Source of the DNA: Elusimicrobiota bacterium
GTDB taxonomy: Bacteria > Elusimicrobiota > Elusimicrobia > JACQJP01
NCBI GenBank assembly: GCA_016204975.1
Contig: JACQJP010000032.1
Span: 1-61,709 of the forward strand
Length of the DNA stretch: 61,709 nt
Direction of reading: 5' to 3'
Every line of letters begins with the position of its first letter. Position 1 is the first letter of the stretch. The notes under the pieces were generated by a model. The model saw only the letters and a list, made by a program, of their open reading frames with translations, was not told the DNA's origin and did not search any database. Position numbers and translations under genes: made by a program. Positions 1 to 9,761 of this stretch are shown in pieces.

Positions 1-777
1 CTCGTCCACGAACATCCCGCAAACCCCTTTCTTCCAAAAATTCCCCGGCCAAAAGTCGCCATCGGCATTCCTTCGGGAGTTACCGAGGTCGAACGCCGGG
101 CGGTGCAGGAAGCGGCGATTGTCGCCGGCGCGCGGGCCGCATTTCTCATCGAGGAGCCGATGGCAGCAGCAATTGGCGCCGGACTCCCGATACTTGAGAG
201 CCAGGGCACGTTTATCTGCGACATCGGTGGGGGAACAAGTGAAATTGCCGTCCTTAGTTTGGGCGGTATTGTCGTAAACCGCAGTGTCCGGGTCGCGGGA
301 GACGAAATGGATGAGGCCATCTCCCAGCATTTTAAGCGAAGGTATAACTTGGTCATCGGAGAGACGACCGCAGAGGATGTTAAAATTCATATCGGCTCCG
401 TTTTTCCGATGAAGGAGGAAAAAACTCTGGAAGTTAAAGGAAGGGATCAGGCGACCGGTTTACCAAAAACAGTACAGATCACATCCGAGGAGATTCGTCA
501 GGCTTTGATGGAGCCTGTCCATTTGATTATTGATGTGGTGAAGGCTACCTTAGAGGAGACCCCTGCGGAGCTTTCCGCAGATTTGGTGGATCGCGGAATG
601 GTTTTGGCGGGGGGAGGCTCGCTGGTTCGGGGCATGCCGGAGCTTATTCGACAGGAGACGGAGCTGCCTGTCCATCGGGCTCCAGACCCTTTAAGTTGTG
701 TGGCCATTGGGACCGGAAAGTTTCTTGAGGAACTGGATAACCTGGTTCCCAAGAAGGCGGGTTTTGCCTCCATCTGA
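1..777 (+). CDS. mreB: Rod shape-determining protein MreB (5' end cut by window edge)
   Basis: Frame 1 is open from base 1 (..VAIGIPSGVTEVERRAVQEAA..). Actin-like ATPase motifs DIGGGTSEIAV and LAGGGSL. Followed by mreC-mreD-mrdA-rodA. Confidence 0.95.
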   Translation, partial: LVHEHPANPFLPKIPRPKVAIGIPSGVTEVERRAVQEAAIVAGARAAFLIEEPMAAAIGAGLPILESQGTFICDIGGGTSEIAVLSLGGIVVNRSVRVAGDEMDEAISQHFKRRYNLVIGETTAEDVKIHIGSVFPMKEEKTLEVKGRDQATGLPKTVQITSEEIRQALMEPVHLIIDVVKATLEETPAELSADLVDRGMVLAGGGSLVRGMPELIRQETELPVHRAPDPLSCVAIGTGKFLEELDNLVPKKAGFASI

Positions 778-825
778 AGTTCCTTCCTTACTAGCTTCGC
801 CGTTTGAAATTCTTGGGAATCCACC

Positions 826-1671
826 ATGATTCTTCCTTCACGCAAAACAGAAAACGTTGTTTTGTTCGGTTTGATCGCGATCTGTGCGGTATTTTTGAGC
901 CTGCCCACCGCCCGATGGGTTCAGGCCATAAAATCTTTTGGATTTTATTGCCTGTCTTACGGACCTTTTTTGGGGGCGAGGACCTTTGAACAGATGGATG
1001 GGATTCCGGAGAATGTCCGGCAGTTGCTGAGGGCTCGCGAGGAGAATGAGGAGCTGAGAGCGAAGCTTCGGGAGGGGAAGTGGCTCCAACAACAACTTCA
1101 GGCGCTCCGCCTGGAAAATGAAAGGTTGCGCGAGATTTTTCAGCTGCGGGGGTCGCTTCGCTGGAGCTGGATTTTAGCTCGGGTGCAGGGCCGGGAGGCG
1201 AGCGAGTGGTTTCGCAGTTTCCTGGTGGACCGTGGAGAAAGAGACGGGGTGTCCGTCAATGATGTGGTGTTGGGGGAGTGGGAGGGACGAGTGGGGTTGG
1301 TGGGTCGGGTGGTGGAGGTGGCTCCCCGCGTTTCTAAGGTTCTGCTGATTACCGATGCCCTCTCCGCGGCGGCCGCTCACTTGAGCCGCAATAAAGAGCA
1401 GGGGCTGGTCGAGGGAAAGGATTTGGAAAGATTGAGCTTTAATTATCTCTCGGAAACCGCCGACATCCGTCCCGCAGATGAGGTGGTGACCTCGGGCATC
1501 AGCCAGGTTTTTCCGCCTTTCATTCCCATCGGTTCGGTTAGGCGAGTTTTGCCCCCGGATCCTGATCTGCGTTATCGCTCCGCGGTGCTTACCCCTATTG
1601 TTCCTCCGTCTCGCTTAAGAGAGGTGCTGATTTTACGGCATATTGCGCCGGGAGACGATGCGGTGCGATGA
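826..1671 (+). CDS. mreC: Rod shape-determining protein MreC
   Basis: N-terminal TM helix, then coiled coil (ENEELRAKLRE..LRLENERLRE), then beta-rich C-terminal domain. Sits between mreB and mreD. Confidence 0.9.
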   Translation: MILPSRKTENVVLFGLIAICAVFLSLPTARWVQAIKSFGFYCLSYGPFLGARTFEQMDGIPENVRQLLRAREENEELRAKLREGKWLQQQLQALRLENERLREIFQLRGSLRWSWILARVQGREASEWFRSFLVDRGERDGVSVNDVVLGEWEGRVGLVGRVVEVAPRVSKVLLITDALSAAAAHLSRNKEQGLVEGKDLERLSFNYLSETADIRPADEVVTSGISQVFPPFIPIGSVRRVLPPDPDLRYRSAVLTPIVPPSRLREVLILRHIAPGDDAVR

Positions 1672-2144
1672 ACGCTCGACGCCTGGTGCTGTTTCTGGCT
1701 TTTTCGATGGCTTGGCAATGGCTCTGGTCCACCTTTCTTTCCTTCTTTGGAATTTTTCCGAATTGGTTGTTGGTCTGGACGGTGCTTTTGGCTCTCTGGC
1801 GAGGCCCTTTGGCAGGGGAATGTATGGGATTTTGTTTTGGAATGGTTTTAGATTTTCTTTCGCCTGCTTTCTTCGGCCTAAACGCTCTGGCTTTGACGGG
1901 GGTGGGTTATGGAGCGGGCCGCTTGCACCGCCAGATGGATATTGACCCCTTGGGCAACCAGGTCGCCCTGACAGGCATTGTTTCTCTTGTTTTCTATGTC
2001 TTCTGGTATTTTTTGCAGGTTCTTCTGTGGGGAAAGCCCCTGGGAGGCGGGTGGCGCCTTTTCTTGGTGCTACCGGTTTATAATGCCTCGGTGGCCCCGG
2101 TTGCCTTTTGGATCCTTACGAGGTTTCTATCGGGTAAAAGATGA
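1668..2144 (+). CDS. mreD: Rod shape-determining protein MreD
   Basis: 158-aa polytopic membrane protein. ATGA overlap with mreC stop and with mrdA start. Canonical operon position. Confidence 0.85.
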   Translation: MNARRLVLFLAFSMAWQWLWSTFLSFFGIFPNWLLVWTVLLALWRGPLAGECMGFCFGMVLDFLSPAFFGLNALALTGVGYGAGRLHRQMDIDPLGNQVALTGIVSLVFYVFWYFLQVLLWGKPLGGGWRLFLVLPVYNASVAPVAFWILTRFLSGKR

Positions 2145-3943
2145 TAGCATCCGAGGCTCTGGTTCATTCTAAATTGAGTTTTCTGTGGAAGATCTGCGTG
2201 GCTTTTACTTTAATTTTTTCGGCCCGCTTATTTTACCTGCAGGTAGTGCGGTCGCGACATTATCACTTGGCCGCGGAAGGAAATCGCACCCAACTTCTTT
2301 TTCGGAATGCGCCCAGGGGGCGGATTTGGGATCTTCAAAAAACCCTGCTGGCGGGGAATAAACCCTCCTTCAGTTTTTATTTTTTGCCTGGATCTGAAGA
2401 GGATCGGGACTATCTGGAACGGTTCAGCCGGAAGCTGGAGCCCTACCTGGGGTTTTCCAGGTCGGAGGTGCTGAAGGATTTGCAGGAATCTTATCAGAAG
2501 CGTTCTCCAATGAAACTAGCGGAGTCTTTAAGCGGTGCCAATATGTTCCGGCTGGCGGAGCTAAGACCTCTTTATCCGGGGATGGAGTTGGTCCTGGAGG
2601 CCCAGCGCGACTATCCTTATGGGGCCCACGCCAGCCATGTCTTAGGGTATATTGCGGAGATGGATCCGGCCGGCTGGAGCCGCTACCGCCACGAGGGTTA
2701 TCGGCTCCAGGAGCGTGTGGGCAAGATGGGGGTGGAAAGAATTTATGAGAAGGATCTGCGGGGCCGCGTGGGGGGGATCCGCGTCGAGGTGGACTCCCGG
2801 GGGAGGCTTCAGGGGATTTTAGAAAGTGTGTCCTGGGAGCGTGGCAACGATATACATTTATGGATCAATCATCGCCTCCAGGAGGTTGCCGAAGAGGCTC
2901 TGCGCCGTTCTCCGAGCGGGGTGGGAGCGGTGGTGGGGATCCGCCCGTCGGATGGGGCGGTTTTGATTTTGGCTTCTATTCCGGATTTTGATCCCAACGC
3001 CTATCTGCTTCCCCCGAGGCACCAGGCCCGCCAGAGGCTCCTCCAGGCTACGGAGTTCAACCGGGCCGTGCAGGGTACTTATGCCCCCGCCTCCACCTTC
3101 AAGCTCATTACTCTGGCGGCGGCTTTGGAGGAAGGTGTGGTGGACCCTGAAAATTCGACGCTCCATTGCCCGGGTTATTTTCGGTTGGGACGCCGCGTGG
3201 CCGCCTGTTGGAAAAAAGAAGGGCATGGGAAGATCGATCTGTTGCGGGCGGTGGCCCAGTCCTGCGACGTTTATTTTTATCAGTTGGGTTTGAGGGTGGG
3301 GGGTGAGCGCCTCGCGGCGTATGCCCGGAGGTTCCGTTTGGGGATGCGGACCTACGCCGGCTTTTCCGGAGAGGCTCAGGGTTTCGTCCCCAGCCCCGGA
3401 GAGCGGGCCGCTTCCGGGCAATCCTGGTATGAGGGCGATACCCTGAATATGGCCATTGGGCAAGGGGAGCTTCTAACCACGCCGCTCCAAATGGCCCTGG
3501 TGGTCAGCGCCATCGCAGCCCGGGGGCAGATGTTTCGCCCGCGCGCAGTGGATGCGGTGAGGGGCGCAGACGGACGCGTTTTGCTTCAGACACAACCGGA
3601 GTTGCTGGCTCGGGTCCGTTTCAGCGAGGCCACCTGGGATATTTTGCAGCAGGGGATGGCCTTGGCGGTCCGGGAGGGGACGGCGCAAGGAGCTCAGTGG
3701 AGGGGACTGGAGGTTTCCGGAAAGACGGGGACCGCGGAAAACCCTCTGGGGAAAGATCACGCCTGGTTTCTGGCCTTTGTCGGGCTTCCGGAAGGTCCTC
3801 CGGGACTGGCCTTGTCGGTTTTGGTCGAGCATGGGGGGATGGGGGCCGCGGCCGCGGTGCCGGTCGCCCGGCAGGTGATTGCCGCTTTTGCAGAAGGCCT
3901 GCATTCTGAACGGGAGGAGTGGAGTGAGACTTTATCCAATTGA
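2141..3943 (+). CDS. mrdA: Penicillin-binding protein 2 (elongasome transpeptidase)
   Basis: N-terminal TM helix, PBP dimerisation domain, and transpeptidase motifs STFK, SCD(V) and KTGT(AE). Confidence 0.93.
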   Translation: MIASEALVHSKLSFLWKICVAFTLIFSARLFYLQVVRSRHYHLAAEGNRTQLLFRNAPRGRIWDLQKTLLAGNKPSFSFYFLPGSEEDRDYLERFSRKLEPYLGFSRSEVLKDLQESYQKRSPMKLAESLSGANMFRLAELRPLYPGMELVLEAQRDYPYGAHASHVLGYIAEMDPAGWSRYRHEGYRLQERVGKMGVERIYEKDLRGRVGGIRVEVDSRGRLQGILESVSWERGNDIHLWINHRLQEVAEEALRRSPSGVGAVVGIRPSDGAVLILASIPDFDPNAYLLPPRHQARQRLLQATEFNRAVQGTYAPASTFKLITLAAALEEGVVDPENSTLHCPGYFRLGRRVAACWKKEGHGKIDLLRAVAQSCDVYFYQLGLRVGGERLAAYARRFRLGMRTYAGFSGEAQGFVPSPGERAASGQSWYEGDTLNMAIGQGELLTTPLQMALVVSAIAARGQMFRPRAVDAVRGADGRVLLQTQPELLARVRFSEATWDILQQGMALAVREGTAQGAQWRGLEVSGKTGTAENPLGKDHAWFLAFVGLPEGPPGLALSVLVEHGGMGAAAAVPVARQVIAAFAEGLHSEREEWSETLSN

Positions 3944-5282
3944 AAGGCACATCTGGATCGAACGATGGGGAACCCATGTGGACTGGAGGCTGGCAGCAGC
4001 CGTTTTGGGACTTTTGGCGTTGGGAACTTCGGCGGTGCTCTCCTCCGCCTCCAGTTTGCCCTTTTACAATCAGGTTATGTCCAGACATTTCTTGGCCTTG
4101 GGAATCGGATTTTTGGCCTTTCTCTTCGGGCTTTTGGTCGATTACCAGTTTTATGCGGAGATGCGCTGGCCCATTTTTATTTTGAGCGCCGGCCTTTTGT
4201 TGGCGGTTCTGTTTTTTGGACAGGCGCTCAGGGGTTCCAGGGCCTGGCTCAATCTGGGATGGATTTATTTTCAACCTGCGGAGGCCGTTCGGATCCTGAC
4301 GGTGCTCCTCTTATCCAGCTATCTTCAACAGCAGATTCGGCGAAACCGTCGGATTGCCATTTCTTTGGGTTTTTGGGGCTATCTTCTCCCCCTGGTGGGA
4401 TTGATTTTATTGCAGCCGGATTTCTCCTCCACCCTGCCGTTTTTTTTCATGGCCACAGTCCTGCTTTACTGCGCCGGAATGGAGCTTTATCCACTTTTTA
4501 TGTTGACCGGTTTCGGAGCCATGGCCTTGGCCTTCCCTTTATTCTGGACATTTTTGGAGATCCGCGTCGCTCAGCTGAGGCCTCAGCCTATTGTGGATTT
4601 CCTGCTTCAGGTTCGGGAATTGGGAGGCGCCACTTTTCTTTGCATCGGAGGAGTCTTCTTGGTGACGGCGGCCTCAGCCTGGATTCTCAGGCCCTTCCGC
4701 ACTCCCGTAACCATGGGGCGGGCGATTCTGGTGTCTACGGTTTTTGCGTTAAGTCTGCTGGCCGGGATTGGGGCGGACCATGCGATGAAAGGGTATCAGA
4801 AGAGGAGATTTTTGGCGTTTGTCAGTCCGATGGCCGATCCTTTGGGAGCGGGGTATCATCTCATTCAATCTCAAATTGCAATTGGGTCTGGGGGATTCTG
4901 GGGCAAGGGCCTTTTTTCGGGCACCCAGTCCCATTTGGGCTTTTTACCCGAGAGGCATACCGATTTTATTTTTGCGGTCATTGGTGAGGAGCTGGGATTT
5001 GTCGGGGCGATGGCGGTTTTGGGACTCTATCTTTTTTTGATCTGGCGCCTGCTCTGTATCTCCCGGATTTCCAGGGATCTATTTGGGACGCTTTTCTCGT
5101 GCGGCATGGCGGCCCTCTTTGGGTTCTATCTTTTTGCCAATACGGGGATGGCCATGGGCATGCTTCCGGTTGCGGGGCTCCCCCTGCCCCTCCTATCTTA
5201 TGGGGGATCTTCCATGGTGTGTTCCTTGTGGGGTTTGGGGGTTGTCGGTTCGGTATACTGGAGAAGAGTCACTTTAAGGTAA
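3924..5282 (+). CDS. rodA: Peptidoglycan glycosyltransferase RodA (SEDS family)
   Basis: About 10-TM SEDS protein with ..PERHTDFIFAVIGEELGF.. and ..LPLPLLSYGGSS.. motifs. The track ORF starts at ATG 3879 inside mrdA; GTG 3924 is a shorter alternative. The start is uncertain; the stop is firm. Confidence 0.9.
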   Translation: MRLYPIERHIWIERWGTHVDWRLAAAVLGLLALGTSAVLSSASSLPFYNQVMSRHFLALGIGFLAFLFGLLVDYQFYAEMRWPIFILSAGLLLAVLFFGQALRGSRAWLNLGWIYFQPAEAVRILTVLLLSSYLQQQIRRNRRIAISLGFWGYLLPLVGLILLQPDFSSTLPFFFMATVLLYCAGMELYPLFMLTGFGAMALAFPLFWTFLEIRVAQLRPQPIVDFLLQVRELGGATFLCIGGVFLVTAASAWILRPFRTPVTMGRAILVSTVFALSLLAGIGADHAMKGYQKRRFLAFVSPMADPLGAGYHLIQSQIAIGSGGFWGKGLFSGTQSHLGFLPERHTDFIFAVIGEELGFVGAMAVLGLYLFLIWRLLCISRISRDLFGTLFSCGMAALFGFYLFANTGMAMGMLPVAGLPLPLLSYGGSSMVCSLWGLGVVGSVYWRRVTLR

Positions 5283-5317
5283 GGGTCTAATGGATTTGTA
5301 TAGGGGAGGATTGAACC

Positions 5318-6751
5318 ATGAAAAAGGAAGTGTTGGGCAATTGTGAACCCGAGGAAACGCGGGTAGCAATTCTGGAGGATGGGCATCTGGCGGAGCTTCT
5401 GTGGGAGCGCCATGCCCTCAAGGGCATCGTCGGCAACGTTTATAAGGGGCGGGTGGAGAATGTCATTCCTGGCATCTCCAGCGCTTTTGTCAACATCGGA
5501 TACGAAAAGAACGCTTATCTCTATATCACAGACGTCATCAGAAACAGCCACAATTCCCCAATCGATCACCTGCTTAAAAAAGGGCAGGAGATCATGGTCC
5601 AGGTCGCCAAAGAGGCGATTGGGACAAAGGGGATGAAGATTACAATGGATCTTTCTATTCCGGGTAGGTATCTGGTTTATATGCCTTTTCAGGAGCATGT
5701 GGGGGTTTCCAAGAATATTCAGGAGGATGCCGAGAGGGATCGCCTGAGCTCCCTGGTGGAGAAGTACCTTCGGTCCGTTTTAGGCAGCGGGGGATGCATC
5801 GTCCGAACGGAGGCGGAGGGGGCGGAGGAATGGGAGCTGGAAAGGGAAATTAAGTATCTTCACCGCGTGTGGGATTCCGTGCGCAAGAAGTTTGATTCCC
5901 TGCCCTCTCCCTGTCTGTTGCATCAGGATCTGAGTCTCACCCTGCAGGTCGCCCGGGACTTGTTGTCTGAAGAGATCGGAATTTATCTTTTGGATTCCAA
6001 GGAGCGGTATGAGGAAGTGGTGGAGTTTGTGGAAAAGCTGGCTCCGGAGCTTTTGCCTCGGGTAAAGCTCTATACCGCCAAGACGGCCATCTATGAGGCC
6101 TTTCATGTGGATCCGGCCATTGTGGCCATGCGGCAGAGCAAGATTTCCTTGCCCAGCGGAGGGACCATCGTCATCCAGGAGGCGGAATCCCTGTGCGCTG
6201 TGGACGTCAATACGGGTCGCTTTACGGGATCTAAGTCTCAAGAAGAAACGGTGACGCAGACCAATCTGGAGGCGGCTCAGGAGATTGCGCGGCAGATTCG
6301 GTTGCGCAACATCGGCGGGATCATCGTCATTGATTTTATTGATATGCGCAAAGCCTCCAACCGCCACCGGGTGGTGGAGACGCTGACTAACGCGGTTCGC
6401 CGGGATCGCGCCAAGACGCGTATTTTGCCCATCACCCGCCTGGGGCTGGTGGAGATGACCCGCGAACGCAAACGGGAAAGCACGATGAGCCTGATCACCG
6501 AGGAGTGTCCGGAGTGCAATGCCTCGGGGAGGGTGCTGTCTAAGGAGTCCATGTTGATTCTGATTCAGAGGGAGATTCGCAAGCTCACCCGGGGAAAGCC
6601 CGGGGGGAGCGTGCGGGTCCTGGTCAAACCTGCGGTGGCCGAGGTTTTGCGGTCCCATCTCCAGAGTTTTGAGCGCAATGTCCACCGGGCGGTTCGCATT
6701 CAGTCCGATCCCAGTTTGAATTGGGAAGATTACAAAATCATCATTGAATAG
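5318..6751 (+). CDS. rng: Ribonuclease G / RNase E-G family endoribonuclease
   Basis: S1 domain (GNVYKGRVENVIPGISSAFVNIG) plus RNase E/G catalytic core (..AVDVNTGRF..IGGIIVIDFIDM..). Conserved position after the mre/mrd genes. Confidence 0.9.
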   Translation: MKKEVLGNCEPEETRVAILEDGHLAELLWERHALKGIVGNVYKGRVENVIPGISSAFVNIGYEKNAYLYITDVIRNSHNSPIDHLLKKGQEIMVQVAKEAIGTKGMKITMDLSIPGRYLVYMPFQEHVGVSKNIQEDAERDRLSSLVEKYLRSVLGSGGCIVRTEAEGAEEWELEREIKYLHRVWDSVRKKFDSLPSPCLLHQDLSLTLQVARDLLSEEIGIYLLDSKERYEEVVEFVEKLAPELLPRVKLYTAKTAIYEAFHVDPAIVAMRQSKISLPSGGTIVIQEAESLCAVDVNTGRFTGSKSQEETVTQTNLEAAQEIARQIRLRNIGGIIVIDFIDMRKASNRHRVVETLTNAVRRDRAKTRILPITRLGLVEMTRERKRESTMSLITEECPECNASGRVLSKESMLILIQREIRKLTRGKPGGSVRVLVKPAVAEVLRSHLQSFERNVHRAVRIQSDPSLNWEDYKIIIE

Positions 6752-6761
6752 TTTCTCTCGC

Positions 6762-8291
6762 ATGCTGCTTTGTGGGGGCGTCAGGATTTTGGTTTTTTTA
6801 TTTCTGCAAGGTGCGGGTGTTCTCTTTGCGGCGGGACTTTCCCAGCTGCCCGCTGTGGTCAATGGGGAATATCTCGAGAAGGTACAGATTTATGAGGCGG
6901 GGAGGCATAAGTATTTGAGCGCCGAGGCCGTGGGCAAGATTTACGGAGCCAGGGTGTATTGGTATCAGGTTGCCGGCCGCGTGGTCTTTAGCTGGGAGAA
7001 TCGGAGACTGGAACTGTGGGTGGGAACGCCCAGGGTTCTCATGGGGGAGAAGGAGATCCGCTTAGGACGTCCCGTCTTGCTGCGGGGAGGGCAGGCTTAC
7101 CTCCCCCTGGAATTCCTCCTCCACCGGGATTTCTCCGATTGGGCGGGATATGACAGCTCCTATGACTTCGGTCGAGAGGTTTTGACGGTGGATCGCCGCA
7201 GCAACCTGGGCTCTCCGCGTTACTTCTCCTATCCGGACCGTCTGCGCATGGCATTGGAGTTGGGCCCGGAGGTGTCTTACCATCCCCTGAGGCGTGCCCG
7301 CGGGCGTCTGGAGATTTTATTGATGGGGGGGGTGCCGTCCAAAAGTCGGCAATGGAGGTTGGAGGATCCGGCGGTCCATTCCTTTGGTTTGGTCGAGCAG
7401 AAACGCTTGTCCCGGCTCTGGATCAGTTTGGGTAAAGAGGCCATGCGCTGGGAGCTGCAGGAAAAAAGGAATCCTCGGCGCCTTATCCTGGATGTGTACC
7501 GCCGGACCGCAGCTTCTGCGGCTCCGCAAACGTCTCCCTCGGTTTTTTTCCAAAAAGGAGAGGGAAAATCGAACCAAAAAAGAAGAATCGCAATAGATGC
7601 AGGGCATGGAGGCAGGGATGGAGGGGCGGTGGGCAGGCGTGGAACCTTGGAGAAGGATATCAATCTGCGGGTGGCCAGGGACTTGGCGGAGCTTCTCCGC
7701 CAAGAGGATCAGTTCGAGGTGTTGTTGACCCGCAGAAAGGATGCCACCCTCTCCTTGCTGGAACGCACCAGAAAAGCCAACCGGTGGGATGCGGATCTCT
7801 TCATCTCCATCCACTGTAACGCCGCCACAGACTCCGCGATGTCCGGTTTCGAGGTCTATTATCTATCCGAGCAGGCCTCCGATCCTAGAGCCGCAGCGGT
7901 AGCCAGATTTGAGAATGCCTCCGGGCGCGAGGATCTCAAAGCTTTGGAGAAGGAGTTTAAGGCCTTGGAGATTTTAAGTTCCATGCATCTCACTGAAAAA
8001 ATCAATGAATCCAGCGTGTGGGGTGGGCTTTTGGTTCGGGAGCTCCAGATGCGGGTGGATCTCGCCAAGAGGGGGTTGAAACAGGCCCATTTTTATGTTT
8101 TAAGAGGGAATCGCTCCCCCTCGGTGTTGGTGGAGCTGGGTTTCTTAACCCATGCGGCGGATGAGGCAAAGCTGCAAAATCCCAGGTTCCGCAAGAAGCT
8201 GGTGGATGGAATCTATGCCGGGATCATCGCTTATTCCCAGCGGAGATGGTGGGAACAGGCGGCGCTAAGCTCCTCCGCATCCAAAAAATGA
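6762..8291 (+). CDS. N-acetylmuramoyl-L-alanine amidase (Amidase_3) with N-terminal targeting domain
   Basis: Signal peptide after ATG 6762 (track ORF starts at TTG 6744). C-terminal IAIDAGHGGRDGGAVG..DLFISIHCNA..ELGFLTH Amidase_3 motifs. Confidence 0.88.
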   Translation: MLLCGGVRILVFLFLQGAGVLFAAGLSQLPAVVNGEYLEKVQIYEAGRHKYLSAEAVGKIYGARVYWYQVAGRVVFSWENRRLELWVGTPRVLMGEKEIRLGRPVLLRGGQAYLPLEFLLHRDFSDWAGYDSSYDFGREVLTVDRRSNLGSPRYFSYPDRLRMALELGPEVSYHPLRRARGRLEILLMGGVPSKSRQWRLEDPAVHSFGLVEQKRLSRLWISLGKEAMRWELQEKRNPRRLILDVYRRTAASAAPQTSPSVFFQKGEGKSNQKRRIAIDAGHGGRDGGAVGRRGTLEKDINLRVARDLAELLRQEDQFEVLLTRRKDATLSLLERTRKANRWDADLFISIHCNAATDSAMSGFEVYYLSEQASDPRAAAVARFENASGREDLKALEKEFKALEILSSMHLTEKINESSVWGGLLVRELQMRVDLAKRGLKQAHFYVLRGNRSPSVLVELGFLTHAADEAKLQNPRFRKKLVDGIYAGIIAYSQRRWWEQAALSSSASKK

Positions 8292-9097
8292 ATCGTTCCT
8301 CAGACCGTCGGCCGATTGGGGTTTTTGACTCCGGCGTCGGAGGTCTGACGGTGGTCAGAGCCCTGTGGAGGATTCTCCCCGGCCAGGACATCATTTATTT
8401 TGGAGATATGGCCCGGCTTCCCTACGGATCCAAGTCCGGGGAGGCGGTCACCCGTTTTTCTTTGGAGATTGCAAATTTTTTGAGGCGGCGGGGAGTGAAG
8501 ATGATTTTGGTGGCCTGCAACACCGCATCGGCTTACGCTTTGGGAACCCTTCAGCGCAGGTTTCGCCTGCCTGTTTTAGGGGTGATAGGGCCCGGAGCTA
8601 AAGCCGCCGCCCAGGCTTATCCTAGGGGCAGGATCGGGGTGGTGGGGACCTCCGGTACCGTTCACAGCCGGTCTTTTCAAAAGGCGTTGAGGAGATACGC
8701 CTCAGGGAGCAAGGTCCGGGCAGTGGCCTGCCCCCTGCTGGTCCCTTTGGTGGAGGAGGGTTGGTGGCGAGGTCCGGTGACGGAGACGGTGGCCCGAGGC
8801 TATCTGCAGCCCTTCCGAGGGTGGCGGCCGGATGCCTTGATTTTGGGTTGTACACATTATCCCCTGCTGCGCGGACTTTTTGGGAAGATACTGGGCCGAA
8901 GGGTTTTTTTGATTGATCCGGGAGAGCGGATGGTTCAAAGAGCCAGAGAGATTTTAAAGGGAGCGGGATGGAAACGAGCGGGTAGGCGAAGGGGCCGGAC
9001 TCAGTTTTACGTCAGTGACAATCCAGAGCAGTTTCGGAGGCTGGGGGGCCGGTTTTTGGGAAAGAAGATAGGGAAGGTTTATTTAAAGAGGTTTTAG
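8288..9097 (+). CDS. murI: Glutamate racemase
   Basis: IGVFDSGVGGLTV..LVACNTAS..LGCTHYPLL catalytic Cys motifs. ATGA overlap with the upstream amidase stop. Confidence 0.93.
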   Translation: MNRSSDRRPIGVFDSGVGGLTVVRALWRILPGQDIIYFGDMARLPYGSKSGEAVTRFSLEIANFLRRRGVKMILVACNTASAYALGTLQRRFRLPVLGVIGPGAKAAAQAYPRGRIGVVGTSGTVHSRSFQKALRRYASGSKVRAVACPLLVPLVEEGWWRGPVTETVARGYLQPFRGWRPDALILGCTHYPLLRGLFGKILGRRVFLIDPGERMVQRAREILKGAGWKRAGRRRGRTQFYVSDNPEQFRRLGGRFLGKKIGKVYLKRF

Positions 9098-9750
9098 TGG
9101 AGAAGAAAAAAGCGGTCATTTTGGTTTCGGGAGGGATGGATTCCGCAGTCTGTTTGTATTGGGCCATGGCAAAGGGCTATGATTGCCAGGCTCTGAGCTT
9201 CGATTATGGGCAGCGCCATCGACGGGAACTGGGGTTTGCCGAGCGACTTTGCCGCAGGGCGGGAGTTCCCCGGCGCACGGTCCGTTTGAGACTGCCCTGG
9301 CTCAAGACGAATGCCCTGAACAACCGCAGGATGAAAATCCCTGCCCGCAAACTCAAGGTCATTGCTGCCGACGGAATTCCTCCCACCTACGTGCCCGGAA
9401 GAAACACCGTTTTTTTGAGCCTGGCCATGTCTCTGTCGGATGCGACGGGGGCCTCCGCCATCGTCATCGGGGCCAACGCCCTGGATTTCTCCGGATATCC
9501 GGATTGCCGGCCGGCCTTCTACCGCGCCTTTCAGCGGGTTCTCATGCGGGGCAGCCGCTCCGCGGCGCAGGGGCGAGGGATTCGGGTGTTGGCACCGCTT
9601 CTGAGGCTCTCCAAGGCCCAGATCGTGCGGCTGGGAAGACGTTTGGGGGTTCCTCTGGATACGACCTGGTCTTGTTATGCGGGGAGGGCAAGGCCTTGCG
9701 GACGCTGCGATGCTTGCTTGCTGCGGGCAAAGGGATTTCGGGAGGCCTGA
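9097..9750 (+). CDS. queC: 7-cyano-7-deazaguanine synthase
   Basis: GTG start overlapping the murI stop. SGGMDS PP-loop. C-terminal Zn cysteines CYAGRARPCGRCDAC. Confidence 0.93.
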   Translation: MEKKKAVILVSGGMDSAVCLYWAMAKGYDCQALSFDYGQRHRRELGFAERLCRRAGVPRRTVRLRLPWLKTNALNNRRMKIPARKLKVIAADGIPPTYVPGRNTVFLSLAMSLSDATGASAIVIGANALDFSGYPDCRPAFYRAFQRVLMRGSRSAAQGRGIRVLAPLLRLSKAQIVRLGRRLGVPLDTTWSCYAGRARPCGRCDACLLRAKGFREA

Positions 9751-9761
9751 GGAGGCCTAAG

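Noticed and set aside
3965-4987. 340-aa plus-strand ORF in an alternate frame of rodA
   Set aside because: It is on the same strand but out of frame with the SEDS-motif-bearing rodA frame. The sequence is Gly/Arg/Ser-rich with no TM pattern. Shadow ORF.
5780-6862. 360-aa minus-strand ORF
   Set aside because: It is entirely antisense to the well-supported rng gene. The composition is Arg/Pro/Gly-rich and low-complexity, typical of shadow ORFs in G+C-rich DNA.
9183-9761. Long N-terminal extension of the queE ORF (track ORF 9183..10445)
   Set aside because: This part overlaps queC in another frame and translates to low-complexity Pro/Arg/Gly sequence. The QueE homology begins at MRVVEIFSSLQGEG (ATG 9762).
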